Shown: positions 49,917 through 63,047 of the stretch, in pieces
Layout of the letters: every line of letters begins with the position of its first letter
Numbering within the stretch: position 1 is the first letter of the stretch
DNA from: Isurus oxyrinchus
Taxonomy: Eukaryota
Length of the DNA stretch: 64,000 bases
Reading direction: 5' to 3'
NCBI GenBank assembly: GCA_026770705.1
Contig: JANJGN010000121.1
Span: 930,001 to 994,000, forward strand
Notes under the pieces: generated by a model
Databases searched by the model: none
Seen by the model: the letters and a program-made list of their open reading frames with translations, nothing else
What the model was told of the DNA's origin: nothing
Position numbers and translations under genes: made by a program

Positions 49917-50201
49917 CTTGCACAGTTAGTACGAGGGTCTTCTCCGATGAAACAGATGGATATCTCACTCTGCAGCTTAGAGTGTGTCCGTGGTGTTTGA
50001 GTGATGGGATCAGGGTCAGAACAGAAGTATAGGTCAGAGTGACACCATGATGAGTTACAGTGTTTGAGACTGATCCAGGTACGTCAGTGGGAATGTCCCA
50101 GGATAAGACAGGTGCTGCTGTTCCACTGCACGTTGTGTTGAAGGTGCAGCTTACATCCACACGCTCTCCTGCATTAATTTCAGCAGGGAATATCGTGAAA
50201 T
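49917..50201 (-). CDS. Gene D: Siglec domain-2 C2 exon (285 bp, in-frame 12-bp deletion relative to gene C)
   Basis: ctgttag|AT TTC ACG ATA TTC CCT...GTG CAA G|gtaaga; open. Confidence 0.88.
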
Positions 50202-51231
50202 CTAACAGACAGAGAATGGATCCTTTTAGAGAAATATAACGTGAAGCATCAGTTCAAATAGAAACCACAGTCCCACAAGAGAAAGCACTTTTACAAGGAT
50301 GATATCAGAACTGAGATGTTTTAACGATCCTGATAGACTGTTAGACACGATTCGAGAGATCGATGGGAGTGGAATACATTTAATCATTGATATTAAAGTG
50401 AGTTTTAAATGTTGCTTTAGGACTGAACTGGAAGCTATCACCAGGTTATTGAGAATCAGACATTGTGTTATAATAAGCTGTGTTTTGTGTTAATATGTAA
50501 ACGTCACAGTTTCACTTCATTGGCTGTGAATCAGTTTAGGATCGTCCTGAGGTGGTGAAAGGCGCTATGGAAATGTGAGACTTGCTTTTGTATTTTGAAA
50601 GCAGGTTTCCAAGGATGAGATGGGAACTGAGAGGTAACAACAATCAGCAGCAACTTTCCTATTTTCAAACTTGGTGGGGAATGTGTCACTGAGCTGAATA
50701 CACTTTCACTCCCAGACCCTTGAATTGCCAACACTGGGGTGTGGGTGATGGAGCAGTCCATAGCTCATGGAACCCTGGCTCATCATTCTCTCAGAGATCT
50801 GGGTCACTGATCCCATTGCTCTCTGTGGGAGCTTCCTGTGAACAAACTCACTGCCACGTTAGACAGTGACTATACTTCAAGAATTTCTTCATTGTCTGTG
50901 AAGTGATTTGGTACATGGTGAAAGGTGCTATAGAAATGCAAGTCTTTACTTTGTCAATTTGCCAGACTTTTAAATAGGGATTAGAGAGTTCTATGTGAGT
51001 GGATAACCTGATAACATTGATGGACACAGTCAACACATTTAATCATTGATATTAAAGTGAGTATTAGAGGTTGCTTTAGGACTGAACTGGAAGCTATCAC
51101 CAGGTTATTGAGAATCAGACAGTGTGTTATAATAAGCTGTGTTTTGTGTTAATATGTAAACGTCACAGTTTGTGTTATTTCCCACTGAGTGTTGAATGTG
51201 AATTGTTGAGTAATTATAACACAGCACTTAC

Positions 51232-51597
51232 CAGAAATGTGAAGCCGGGTTACAGGGTAATAGTTATTGCGCGGACCATTGTCAAATTCTATTCTGAAAA
51301 AATAAGGTCCTGCATCTTCCCGTCTGATGTTGTTTATAATCAGGGAACAGTTGCCATCTTTCAGGTCTCCAGACAGCCGGGTCCGATGGCGGAACCGTGG
51401 TAACTCGTGACGGTGATCCTTGGAGTGAAAGGCTATGGACAATCTTCTCCGTTCCTCATTATTAAACCAGACTCCACCTCGTGGTTGGCTGTCCAAATGT
51501 GCTGGATAACTGTAATGACATGGAATCTGTACACACGAACCTTCCTGCGCTGTCACCTCTCGTGGAGTATCACCTTTCCACTCTTGTGACAGTCCAA
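51232..51597 (-). CDS. Gene D: intact Siglec V-set exon with the sialic-acid-binding Arg (YFFR)
   Basis: 366 bp, phase 1-1: VGLSQEWKGDTPREVTAQEGSCVQIPCHYSYP...GVWF...RFRHRTRLSGDLKDGNCSLIINNIRREDAGPYFFRIEF...TRLHIS. Confidence 0.92.
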
Positions 51598-52956
51598 CTG
51601 GGGAGAGAAAAATCAATATTTAACTCTGGATGTTTTTTCGATCCATAATTCTTGATATCCACTCCCTCCATCACTGGGGCACAGTGGCTGCAGTTTGGAC
51701 CATCTACAGGACACACAAGTAACTCCCCAAGGTTTCACAATGGATCGATGAGAGTCCTGGACACAGGAGTGGACAAGTTCATTCTACCTTGGCTCCTGGT
51801 CCTCAGGACTCTATTTAGTTTTTTCAAATTATTCATTCATGGGATTTATTACCCATCCCATGTCCATCAGAGGCATTTAATAGTCAACCACATTGCGGTG
51901 GGATTGGAGTGACATGTAGGGCACACTGGGTAAGGGTCGCAGATTTCCTTCCCTTATGGTGATCAGTGAACCAGGCTTTTTAATCCCATTCATCTGCCGT
52001 GATGGAATTCACACCCAGGGCCCCAGAGCATCACCCTTGGTCTCTGGAATACTAGCCCAGTGACAATACCTCTCTGCTACCGCTTCCCCTTAGTGAAGCC
52101 AGTCTTCTACCCAACACAGTGTCTACAAGACGCACTAATTGAGATCCATTCAGTGCTGATTTACAAGACAGGACAATGGATTAGGAGCCCTCAGAACTCC
52201 CCCCATTATCACCGTCATGAATCACTAATTAGCCTAACATTCCTGTCTGCTCTTCAACACAGCTGATTGAATCAGATTAGCCAATCTGATTGGTGTTCAT
52301 TCCCTCTTCAATGTTTAAGGAATCACCAATCACTCGGCCTCTAGTTATTCTCCTTCCCACAAGAGGGAACATTCTCTGTCTACCCAGTCAATCAAAATAT
52401 TTCATCTAAACCTAGTGGTGCTTGAGTATATAGTCGGGAATCCAGGGCAATGGAGCCTCAGGAGAAGAGATGGAAACCCTGTGAGGTGGAACGTCACTGA
52501 GGCCATCCGAGTTGAAGCAACTTCTGGAGAGAATTCCAAGGCAAGATCTTCGAAGTTGAAGATTGGAATCCCTCATGAGAGAAACAGAGTTTCAGTGAGA
52601 TTGGTTGACTGACAGTGTTCACTGATGTCCGGGTGGGTTGTTGTGAAATCCATGGGCTCTATCTTGGTCGCGTTTACAATTTAATGAGTAATGTGGCTGT
52701 GAGACCACAGTTTGCCTGTTAATTCACATGAGCTCATGTTAATCCAGAATGTTAGGGTATAAGGTGGATATTGTGAATTATTTTATCTTTCTGAACTGGG
52801 GCAGTCAAGTTTATTTTTGTTTGTTTAAAATCCATGGAATCTTGTAGCTTTATTCTCTTTGCAAGCATCTTAAATCTCAAACCTCGTCTACTTGAAACAA
52901 AATATTATTGGTTCCTAACTATAAATTTTCAAAAAAATTGGGTGCCTGTTCCTCCA

Positions 52957-54208
52957 TCAGCAACTCTTCAGAATCCTGCTGAAGTCACGGATATTTCAGA
53001 AGGACAGGGAACAAGAAGTTTCTGGTATCAGCGTTTTGTGTGGGGCCCAGTTCAGTTTGAACAAATAAACAACACCATCTTTGAAAGTCATGAACCCACC
53101 ACAGCGGCACCTCCGACACATGCAGAGCTCAGGCGAGAGGCGCTTTGTTAGTGTGTTTCACAGGGTCTGCTGGAGTAGGGTCAGTGCTGAGAGGGTCTGC
53201 TCAAGGATCATAACAACCTGCACTTGCACCTTCCAAGTAATAAGATTTTGTAAATGTATTCATTCATGGGATGTGGGCGTCGCTGCCAAGGCCAGCATTT
53301 GCTGCCCATCTCTAATGTCCCGTGACATAATCTCTGTAGCAGAGTAGAGACAATCATGATCACTCAGGATATTTGACATCTATCCACAAGAGCAGCTTTG
53401 CCTTCCTTCTCTCTTTCAGTTATCTTACTCCCTTATTGAAGTTTCTAGCATGGTGAGAACTGGATGGTTTGCTCGGACATTTCAGAGGAACCACGTTGCT
53501 ATGAGTCTGGAGTCACATGTAGGCCAGACCAGATATAGACGGCAGATTTCCTTCCCTAAAGGCCATTAGTGAACCAGATGGGTGTGTATGACAATCGATG
53601 ATAGTTTCATGGTCTCCATTACTGAGACTGACTCCCATTAGTGTAAACAGAGTGAACAGTTTTCCATTGATCCCACCTTTCCCGTTCTCTCCGGTGTTTT
53701 ACACACTATTGCTCGATAATTTGATTCTGCCAAGGACCCCTTGGAAAATCATGGACCCCAGTTAGACAACCAATGGAATAAGGAATCTCTTGGATTCTCA
53801 CTGCCAAAGGAATCTCTTTGGATCCTCATTGTCTAAGGAATCTCTTTGGATCCTCATTGTCTGAGGAATCTCTTTGGATTCTCATTGTCTAAGGGATTAT
53901 TTCTGATCCAAACCCCATATTGTTGTATTGTTGATTCTGATGCAGCATTGTAGACTGACTTGTCCCCAAGCTCAGCACTGACCCTACTCCAGCAGACACT
54001 GTGAAACACACTAACAAAGCGCCTCTAGCCTGAGCTCTGCATGTGTCGGAGGTGCCGCTGTGGTGGGTTCATGACTTTCAAAGGCGCTGTTGTCATTTTT
54101 TTTGTTCAAACTGAACTGGCCCCCACATGAAACGCTGATACCAGAAACCTCTTGTTCCCTGTCCATCTGAAACATCTGTGATTCAGCAGGATTCTGAAGA
54201 TTTGCTGA
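52957..54208. repeat. ~235-bp inverted repeat pair (52957-53191 and 53971-54208)
   Basis: The arms are diverged reverse complements; the paired ORFs ending FESHEPTTAAPPTHAELR.EALC lie on opposite strands. Confidence 0.9.
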
Positions 54209-55080
54209 CAAGGGTCTTAAATTGTCTGATTGTTGAATGAAACAACATAGGAGGAGCTCATTTGACCCATCATGCATGTGCTGGCTCTTTCCCAATTCCT
54301 CTCCAGCACCTTTCACACAGCCCTGCAAATTTCCCTTCAAGTATTTATCCAGTTCCCCTTCTGAAAGTTCCTGTTGAATCTGCTTCCACCGCCCTTTCAG
54401 GCAGTGAGTCAATGGTCTCTCTCTGAGCTGCAAAGTGCCCAGATTCTGTGAAAATTAAACTCTGCAGCAGGTCAGAGACAATCATGATAACTCAGAATAT
54501 TTGACAGTTTTACACACAGACAGCTTTGCCTTCCTTCTCTCTTTCAGTTATCTTGTTCCCTTATTGAAGTATCTAGCATGGTGAGAATGGACAGGAGTGT
54601 GACTCTGAACAACCTGTCTATTCTAGGAGCTGCTGTGCTGTCTTCATGGGCAATTTTGAATAAAGGCAGCAAAAGACACAAATTTCAGGTCATTGCTATC
54701 GGAGACCTAACATTAGGATAGGCTTCACCCCCAAGGTTTTATCCCTGCTTCTCTACTCAACCCATCAATCCCCATCGCTCACTGACCAACGTCTGACAGC
54801 ACCTGAATTTTAAGATTCTGCTCTCGCTGCTACAACCCTGCCTATCCCTGTACACTCCTCCAGCCCCTACAACCCTCCAAGGCCTCTGCTCTCCTCCAAT
54901 TCTGCTGTCAGACAGGGAGTCAGTGTATATCAGTGAGCACAGGGGTGATGGGTGAATGGGACATGGTGTGAGTATGTACACTGGCTCACTGCTGAATCGG
55001 TTCCCTATCAGAGCTCAATAAGAATGATCTTTTACAAAGACTATTAACCATAAATCTGTCCGAGCTGACAATGGTATTAC

Positions 55081-55120
55081 CTTGGAGAAGTGACAGGAGG
55101 AAGTATGATTTACCGATCAT
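55081..55120 (-). CDS. Gene D: leader exon MIGKSYFLLSLLQ(G)
   Basis: ATG...CTC CAA G|gtaata; 40 bp, phase 1, joins the V exon in frame. Confidence 0.82.
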
Positions 55121-56359
55121 TGTCCACTCCCAGATATTTCCTCAGCTTATAACTCTGAAGATCTGAAAGAGAAAGGAGTTAATGAGACTTCACCTCTTGT
55201 CCGACAGCTCTCGAGAGATCAGAACTGCTTTTAGACAATATCTTCACAGACTAATTTGATTCTCTGTGGGATGATAGGTGCTCTGCAGAGAGGTACAAGG
55301 CTTTCAGAAAGAAAAACAATGAAGGACTTGCATTTCTATAGCACCTTTCACCACCTCAGGATGTCCCCAAGCTCATGTCCCTTGAGCTAGAAAGATGTTC
55401 TGTACAACAGACTTGAGCCTCACACCCAGATCTCAATAATCAGTAGAAATCTTTCAAAGGCATCAATCATTGGAATCTGTCTTTATAAAGTCACAACATC
55501 AACAAAGGACGGTGTTGGTGGTGGAAGTGAATTCCAATCGTTCCGTTACTTACCCAGGACCTGTCCGACTGCTCGCCTGGGGAGGAACTGCCCACACGCT
55601 CTGCTTGGGCTGAATGACCTCTTCCTGTGCTGCTCCCTCTGTGTATTTAATGAGAAAGAGCTGATGTATCTCTGTGAGACAAAATGAGGAAGTTGGAACA
55701 AAGTGACAGAACAGCACTTTGCTGTGCACTGACAGTAAACCTTGTGTCTGTATAAGAATATAAGAACATTACAAGTAGGATGTGTTTTTTCTTGAACTTA
55801 CTAATGAAATTGGTGCAATGAAAGGGGCTTTTATTGTTCGAAGAGCTGGAGTTCAGAAGACCGAGTGATACAATGGAAAATTTACATTCAAAGGGAAAGC
55901 TAGCTATATAAAGGAAGGAGCTTGTGTGTGTGAGGCAGGAGCATTTCAGACCTAACCAGCCTGTAGCCTCCAACCAACTAGCAAAGGAACCTCATTCAGA
56001 ACTCGTATTGTCAAATGTGCTTTGCCTGGTGTCTATATTATGTCAATGGTTCATTGTTGCCTTAGTAGAGATTTACGTCGGGGTGATTAATTGGGGATTT
56101 GTTAAAAATTTATTATAGTAGTTACTTGTAGCCAATGTGTATGTGTTAAATTTGTTGTTAAATTAATAAATGGTTTATTTAGTTTTATATAAAAAAACTC
56201 AAAAGCCTCGGTCGTCTTATTCCTGCTGAATTCAAAGTCTTCATCTCAAAATTACAATCAGCAAAATTGGGTTATGACAGTTGTTTCAATTTTCCCTCTG
56301 GGATTTGAACAACTCAGCCTTTACCCTTGGCTGTGTCATAGTCCCTAATACACCACGTC

Positions 56360-58000
56360 TACAGGTTCCACTTTATCCAATCCACTTGTTACATCCTCGA
56401 GGAAATCTAATTATTTTTTCAAACATGATATCCCTTTCACAAACCCATGTTGACTCTGTCTGATTGAATTATGGTTTTCTAAATGTCCTGCTGCTCCCTC
56501 CTTCATAATGAATTCTGGTATTTTCCCAATGACAGATATTAGACTATCTGACCTGTAGTTTCTTGCTTTCTACCTCCCCCCTTTATTGAACAGAGGTGTT
56601 TCATTTATGTTTTTCCAATCCGCTGGGACCTTCCCATAATCTAAGGAATTCCGGAAGATTACAACCAATGCATCCACCGTCTCTGCAGCCATTTCCTTTC
56701 AGACCCTCACATTCAGGCCGTCTGCTCCATGGGACTTGTCAGCATTTGTCTCATTAGTTTTCTTAATACTTTTTCTCTGGTGATAGTGATTGTTTTATGT
56801 TCCTCCCTCCTTGTTGCACCGTGACTTTCTCCTGCTATTGGGATGGTTTTAGAGATTTTTACTGTGAAGACAGACACAAAATTCTTGTTGAAAGTCTCTG
56901 TCATTTCCTTGTTTCCCATTATTAATTCCCCAGTCTGATTTTCTATGTGTCCCATTATTACTGTAGCTTCTCTCTTATTTTAATGTACAACATCTCACTG
57001 TCATTGTTTATGGTTCTTGCTAGTTTACTCTCATATCATCATTTCTGCCTCCTTATATTTCTCCCCTCACTTTTCTGGTTTCTCAAATATTCCCAATCTC
57101 CAGCCTATCACTAAGCATCCCAACATTGCCGGCTTTATCTCACAATTGGATACCGTCCTTAGCTTCCTGAGTTAGCCGCCGATGCTCCATCCTTTTTATA
57201 GATTCTTTCTTTCTTACTGGAAAATATCTTCATTGGAATTTATGAAAGATCTCTTTAGACACCTGTTACTCCTCATCTACCTCCATCCCCCCTTTAACCT
57301 GCTGTCCCACTCTACTTGGGCCGACTCTACTTTTAACCCTTGTAATTGTCTTTAGATAAGTTTATGACACTAGTTTCAGACCCAAGTTTCTAATTTGAAT
57401 ATTAAATTTCAACACTGTAGGATTACTCTTCCCTTGAGGGTCCTTTACAATGAGATGTTAATTAGTCTTGTCTCAGTAACATTGCCTGGTCTAAAACAGC
57501 CTCTTCGCTGCTTTGTTCCATGTTGGATTGTTCTCAAATACTGTCCTGAATACAATCTGTATAATCTCGCTGAAAGCTACATTTGCTAATCTGATTTGTC
57601 TAATCTATACGACGATTGAAAACTCCCATGGTTAATGTGGTGCCTTTCTCATAAACCTCCTGATGTATTGATTTATAATCTATCCCTGCAGTGTAACCAC
57701 TGTCAGGGGGGAGTATAAACCAAGCCATCAGAGATTTCTTTCCCTTGCAATTCCTTATATTCACCCAAACTGACTGTGCATCTTGACATCTGAGCCAAAA
57801 TCATTTCTCACTACTTCAGAGGTCTCATCTTTTATTGAGAGAGCTACCCCATCTCCTTTTCATTTTTCCTATCCTTTCAAAAAGTCCAAATATCCTTCAA
57901 TTTTCAATTTCCATCCTTGGTCACCTTGCAACCAACTCTCTGCAGTGTCCATCTTATCGTACCCATTAATCTCTATTTGTGCTATGACTTAATTCATTTT
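56360..58000 (-). mobile_element. Old CR1 LINE ORF2 fragment; an LTR-like piece lies just before it (~55750-56340)
   Basis: GELIMGNKEMTETFNKNFVSVFT...ITREKVLRKL is the CR1 inter-domain region. Confidence 0.7.
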
Positions 58001-58019
58001 GTTCCAAGTTTATGTTTTA

Positions 58020-58760
58020 TATATTCATTCGTCCATGGGAAGTGGGCATCACTGGCTAGGCCAGCATTTATGGCCCATCCCTAATTACCTTGAGAAGGTG
58101 GTGGTGAGCTGCCTTCCTGAACCTCTGCAGTCCATGTGGTGTAGGTACACCCACAATGCAGTAAGAGAAGGAAGTCCAAGATTTTGACCCAGTGGCAGTG
58201 AAGGGACGGCGATATATTTCAAAATCAGGATGATGTGTGGCTTGGAGGGGAACTTCCAGGTGGTGGTGTTCCCCTATGTCTGCTGCCCTTGTCCTTCTCA
58301 ATGGCAGAGGTCGTGGAATTGGAAGGTGCTGTTGAAGGAACCTTGCTGAGTTGCTGAAGTTCATATTGTAGATGGGACACACTGCTGCCACTGTGCATTG
58401 ACGATGGAGGGAGTGAGTGTTGCTGTGATTGAGGGGGAGACAATCAAGCGGGGCTGCTTTGTCCAGGGTGGTGTCAAGCTTCTTGAGTGTTGTTGGAGCT
58501 GCACTCATCCAGGCAAGTGGAGAGTATTCCATTCACACTCCTGCCTTGTGCTATGTCAATGATGGACAGGATTTGAGGAGTCAGGAGGTGAGTTACTCAC
58601 CGCAGGATTCCCAGCCTCTGAGCTGCTCTTGTAGCCACAATGTTTATGTGGCTGACCCAGTTCAGATTCTCGTCAATGGTAACACCCAGGCTGTTAACCA
58701 TGGGGGATCCAATGATGGTGCTGCCATTTAATGTCAAGGGGAGATGGTTAGATTCTCTCT
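58020..58760 (-). mobile_element. CR1-clade LINE 3' fragment; a plus-strand copy lies at ~62035-62510
   Basis: MEYSPLAWMSAAPTTLKKLDT... belongs to the same family as 9750-10210. Confidence 0.85.
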
Positions 58761-60314
58761 TGCGTGCATTCAGATTAAGAAACTTTCTGTCTTTTCCCCA
58801 TTTCCCCTACTCTGACCTTATTTGCTGGGACACTGGTTGATGCTGGTTTCAGTCTCAGTTTGTCTCAGTTGGTCACACTCTGGCCTCCGTCTCGAGACTG
58901 ATGTTCCCTGTTGGTAGTGACAGTGATGGGGGTGTTGGGGAGGGTGTGTATATTGACCCCACTGGTCCCCCTCCCCTGCTCCGCCATTCTGTCCTGGGAG
59001 ACCCGCCAGGATCCTTGTTCCAGCTGTGATGGGCAGCCCTTCCACACTTTCCTGTGGGCCCCGCACTTCATGTGTAAAAGCGCTAAGTTAGAGCAGGGAT
59101 GGAGAAATGAACAGGGGGCGTGGGATGAGTGTGGGGGTCTCTGTGGGGTGGGGGAGGTTTCACCAGCTCTCTGTCTTTGCAACATCATAACCGCAGTGTG
59201 AAGATTGTCCCCATTCCCTGTATCTTAATAATATTGTAAAGACAACTGGGAGATGTGCTGCAGTCTCTGAGAAAGAATTTGGTGTGCTTACAGCACCACC
59301 ACTGGCAAGAGAGTGTAAGTACAGTGTGACATGTTTACATGGGAAATTTTCATGATAAATGTGGACACAGGAATTTACATAATTTGGTGGAGGAAATGCA
59401 ATGACATGAATTAACAGATTGGAGCAGGAAGGTTGTCCCAGAGTAAGATGTTTAATAAAAATATATCTGTACAGAGTTGTCTGGGCATTTCAATCCCTTG
59501 TGACAATAAATGTAATATTATAGAAAATGCAAAAGCTTCTTGTAATCTATCACAGAATAAACAAGTTGCAGAATTCAGAAAGCACATTCTGAAATGTTAA
59601 CAAAGTTCAATGACGTCACATTTCTGCTAATTACTATTCGGCCATGTTGGCTGCACGCAGTCAGGCAGTCCCTCGGTTGTGATGTGTCCACACAGCAGGA
59701 CTGGGATGCATCAGCATCAAAGGACATGCTTAGTTGTTGCTGTGCAATGCATTTATTGTGAGCCTGTTGCACACACGCCCTGTCGAAGGAGCATCCATGG
59801 TTCCATTCTGAATCGAGGCAGATCAAATTTACTACAACAACTTGCATTTATATAGCACACATAATGTAGCAAGCTGTCCCAAAGCTCTTCAGGAGATTGT
59901 TAACCACATATAAATCCATCGCAGAGACACATAAAGAGATATTAGGGACAGGTGACCAAAAGCTGAGTTAACAAAGGCAGTNNNNNNNNNNNNNNNNNNN
60001 NNNNNNNNNNNNNNNNNNNNNNNNNNNNNNNNNNNNNNNNNNNNNNNNNNNNNNNNNNNNNNNNNNNNNNNNNNNNNNNNNNNNNNNNNNNNNNNNNNNN
60101 NNNNNNNNNNNNNNNNNNNNNNNNNNNTCCCCAATGACTTAGCATCAAGTCGTCACTGGGGAAACATTTCATTCCAAACCACACCAACCATATACCCATT
60201 CAGTCCCTTCCTCCCTCTGTCCCCCTCTCCCCCAGTGGGTTGTCTCATGTTCCCAGGAAACTTAATCTCTGCCCCCACCCACAAACCTCCTCACCCCCAC
60301 TCCCCGTTTCACAC

Positions 60315-60563
60315 TCAGTTTCGCTTGAATCTGATCTGTGCGTATTCCGTCTCCTCTTCCCTGTGGACAGACCCATCACCACTGGGCACCCTGAAGACTT
60401 GGGGATTGGCATAGAGAAAGTCCGCGGGATTGTCAGGGTTCCCATGTCCAACATCGCCTCCCACTGGACCTTCAGAGAGACCCCGGGGAGCTGGGGTCTC
60501 CCCCTCGCTAGTTGTATCTCTGGTTGTGTTCTGGGGCTCAGTAATCAGCAAGTTCTGTTTACC
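60315..60563 (-). CDS. Gene E: terminal cytoplasmic exon, copy 2 (FLYANP, TEYAQI)
   Basis: ctctgtag|GGT AAA CAG...CGA AAC TGA; 249 bp, paralog of 7741-7989. A shared 3'UTR block lies at ~59540-59660. Confidence 0.82.
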   Translation of the reverse strand, partial: GKQNLLITEPQNTTRDTTSEGETPAPRGLSEGPVGGDVGHGNPDNPADFLYANPQVFRVPSGDGSVHREEETEYAQIRFKRN

Positions 60564-60937
60564 CTACAGAGAAATGGAAACAGAAGACATCCTCACATCA
60601 TTTACTGGCACTGATAGGGTTAAATTATTGTGCAGCGTCGTTAGTGTCAGTCGTGGCTCAGTGGGTTTAACCCTCTCTCATGTCATCTGAAAGAAACCAC
60701 CTATGGCAGTGCAGTGCTCCCTCAGTACTGACCCTCTGATAGTGCAGCACTCCCTCAGTACTGACCCTCTGACAGTGCAGCACACCCTCAGTACTGACAC
60801 TCTGTCAGTCTCACACTCCCTCGGTAATGACTCTGGTGAGTGACGGCTTGGATTCTGCACTCAGGTGCCTGGTGTGAGGCTCAATAATATGAATCTTGTA
60901 ATCAGAGAGAGGATGAGAGAGAGGGATAGAGACAGAG

Positions 60938-61694
60938 TGTTATGAATCTTTTAATGTATGTAATGTAATTGGAAATGGTCTATTTAAAAAGAGGTTTAGT
61001 CTGTGGGTGTGTTTGTGTGTGTTTCAATTGGATTAAAGCCAGCCAGTCTGGGTACTTTGATGTATAGTAGTTTTGAGATGTAAACAATGAGGTAAAGTGG
61101 TAATTTGCATTTTTAAATAGAGCATTCAATGTCCGGGGGTGAAATCTTAAACCAATCAACATTTATATTAAGAATAAAATTGAGACAATGAAAGGGGATT
61201 TATTGTTAGAAGAGGTGGAGTTCAAAGGTCCTGATGATACAATGAGAATTTACATTCAAAGAGAAGCACTGGGTATAACTTGAGCAGTTTTGTGTGTGCA
61301 GAGCAGAGGCTTGTAACATCAAAGCAGCTGTAAGCCTTCACCTGTCTGCAAAGGAACCAAAGTGAAAGGAACCTCATTTGGAATTTGTGAGGTGAAAATG
61401 CTTTGCTGGAATCTGCTTAAATTCTATGGGTTATCTTAGAGGAGATTAGTTTGGGAATTTGTTAAAAAGTTATGATAATACTAGTTTGTAGCCAAGTGCA
61501 TATGTTTAACTAGTGCAAATTAATAAATGCTTCATGTAGTATGATATAAAACCATCCCGAGAACTGGTGGTCTTATTCCTGAATTTAGAGCTGCATCTCA
61601 AACATTCCACTGGGAAATATAGGTTATGACAGTTGTTTAAAGTTTCCCTCTGGGATTTTAAACAACAGCCTTTACCAGTTGCTGTGTCATAACA
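60938..61694 (+). mobile_element. Solo LTR with TGTTATGA...TCATAACA termini
   Basis: 8-bp inverted termini starting TG and ending CA, internal AATAAA; absent from the gene A paralogous intron. Confidence 0.7.
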
Positions 61695-61829
61695 GAGAGA
61701 CAGCATGATACTGAACCATTGCTGACTCCACAGGTACAAATCAGTGGGTAACTGGGCTGGGAATCTGGGACACGTGTTGTCTACACACTGAGATTGAAGC
61801 TTTGGAGTGAGTGTAAACAGCTCCTGTAC

Positions 61830-61911
61830 CTGGCGCTTCACAGAGAGTGGACTGGGGGTCAATGCAATGTCACTGGTCCCTGAAACTCTCTCCTCCATCG
61901 CTGTCTTTCTC
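61830..61911 (-). CDS. Gene E: cytoplasmic exon 1 copy
   Basis: 82 bp, RKTAMEERVSGTSDIALTPSPLSVKRQ, same splice sites as 4562-4643. Confidence 0.8.
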
Positions 61912-63047
61912 CTGCAATAACACAATATCACACTGTGGTTATCATATAGCAGAGAGTCAGTGCAGCACAGACACAGCCCACTGTAACCTTACACCAACGA
62001 CTGGACTGTCACTTTCAATCACTTCTACACAAAGCACAGAATCAAGAAGCTTGACACCATCCAGGGCAAAGCAGCCCGATTGATCGACACCCCCATCCAC
62101 CACATTAAACATTCACTCCCTCCACCATGAACACACAGTGGCAGCAGTGTGTGTACCATCTACAAGATGCACTGCAGCAACTCAGCAAGGCTCCTTCAAC
62201 AGCACCTTCCAAACCCACGACCTCTACCATCTAGAAGGACAAGGGCAGCAGACACATGGGAACACCACCATCTGGAAGTTCCCCTCCAAGTCACTCACCA
62301 TCCTGACTTGGAAATATATCACCGTTCCTTCACTGTCGCTGGGTCAAAATCCTGGAGCTGCCTCCCTAACAGCACTGTGGGTGTACCTACACCACATGTA
62401 CTGCAGTGGGTCAAGAGGGCAGCTCACCACCACCTTCTAAAGGGGCAATTAGGGATGGGCGTTAATGCTGACATCACCAGTGACAGCCACATTCGATGTA
62501 AGAATTAAAAATCTCACAGCTCAATGTATTTATTGGGAGCCTGCGGCACACACACCCTGTCGAAGGAGCCTTTGTGGTTCCATTGTTAATCGAAGCAGAT
62601 CAGAGTTACTACAACAACTTGCATTTATATAGCACCTTTAATGTAGCAAAATGTCCCAAGGCTCATCCGGGGATTGTTAGTCACATCTTCACCTGACTCT
62701 GAGGCACATGAGGAAATATTAGGGACAGGAGACCAACAGCTGAGTCAACAAAGTCAGTTATTAATGGGCATCTTAAAGGAGGAGCTGGAGATAGAGAATG
62801 AGATACAGACAGAGAGAGAAAGACTGAGAGAGAGAGAGAGAGAGACACAGTGAATCTCGGTCCCCAATGGCTCAGCATCCAGTCCTCTCTGGAGAAGCAT
62901 TTCATTCCAAACCACACCAACCGCAGCCCAATTGCATCCCTTCCTCCCTCTCTCCCCCTCTCCCCCAGTGGGTTGTTTGCTGTTCCCAGGAATCTCAATC
63001 CCTACCCCCACCCACACACCTCCTCACTCCCACTCCCCATTTCTCAT

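Noticed and set aside
51232-51597. Assigning a symbol (MAG, CD22, SIGLEC1, SIGLEC15) or calling Ig/TCR V segments
   Set aside because: The Cys pattern and YFFR are Siglec-type, the exons are spliced with no RSS seen, and orthology cannot be set without a phylogeny.
55194-55263. Apparent extra 5'UTR exon conserved in genes C and D
   Set aside because: Its donor would leave only a 31-bp intron before the leader acceptor, which is too short.
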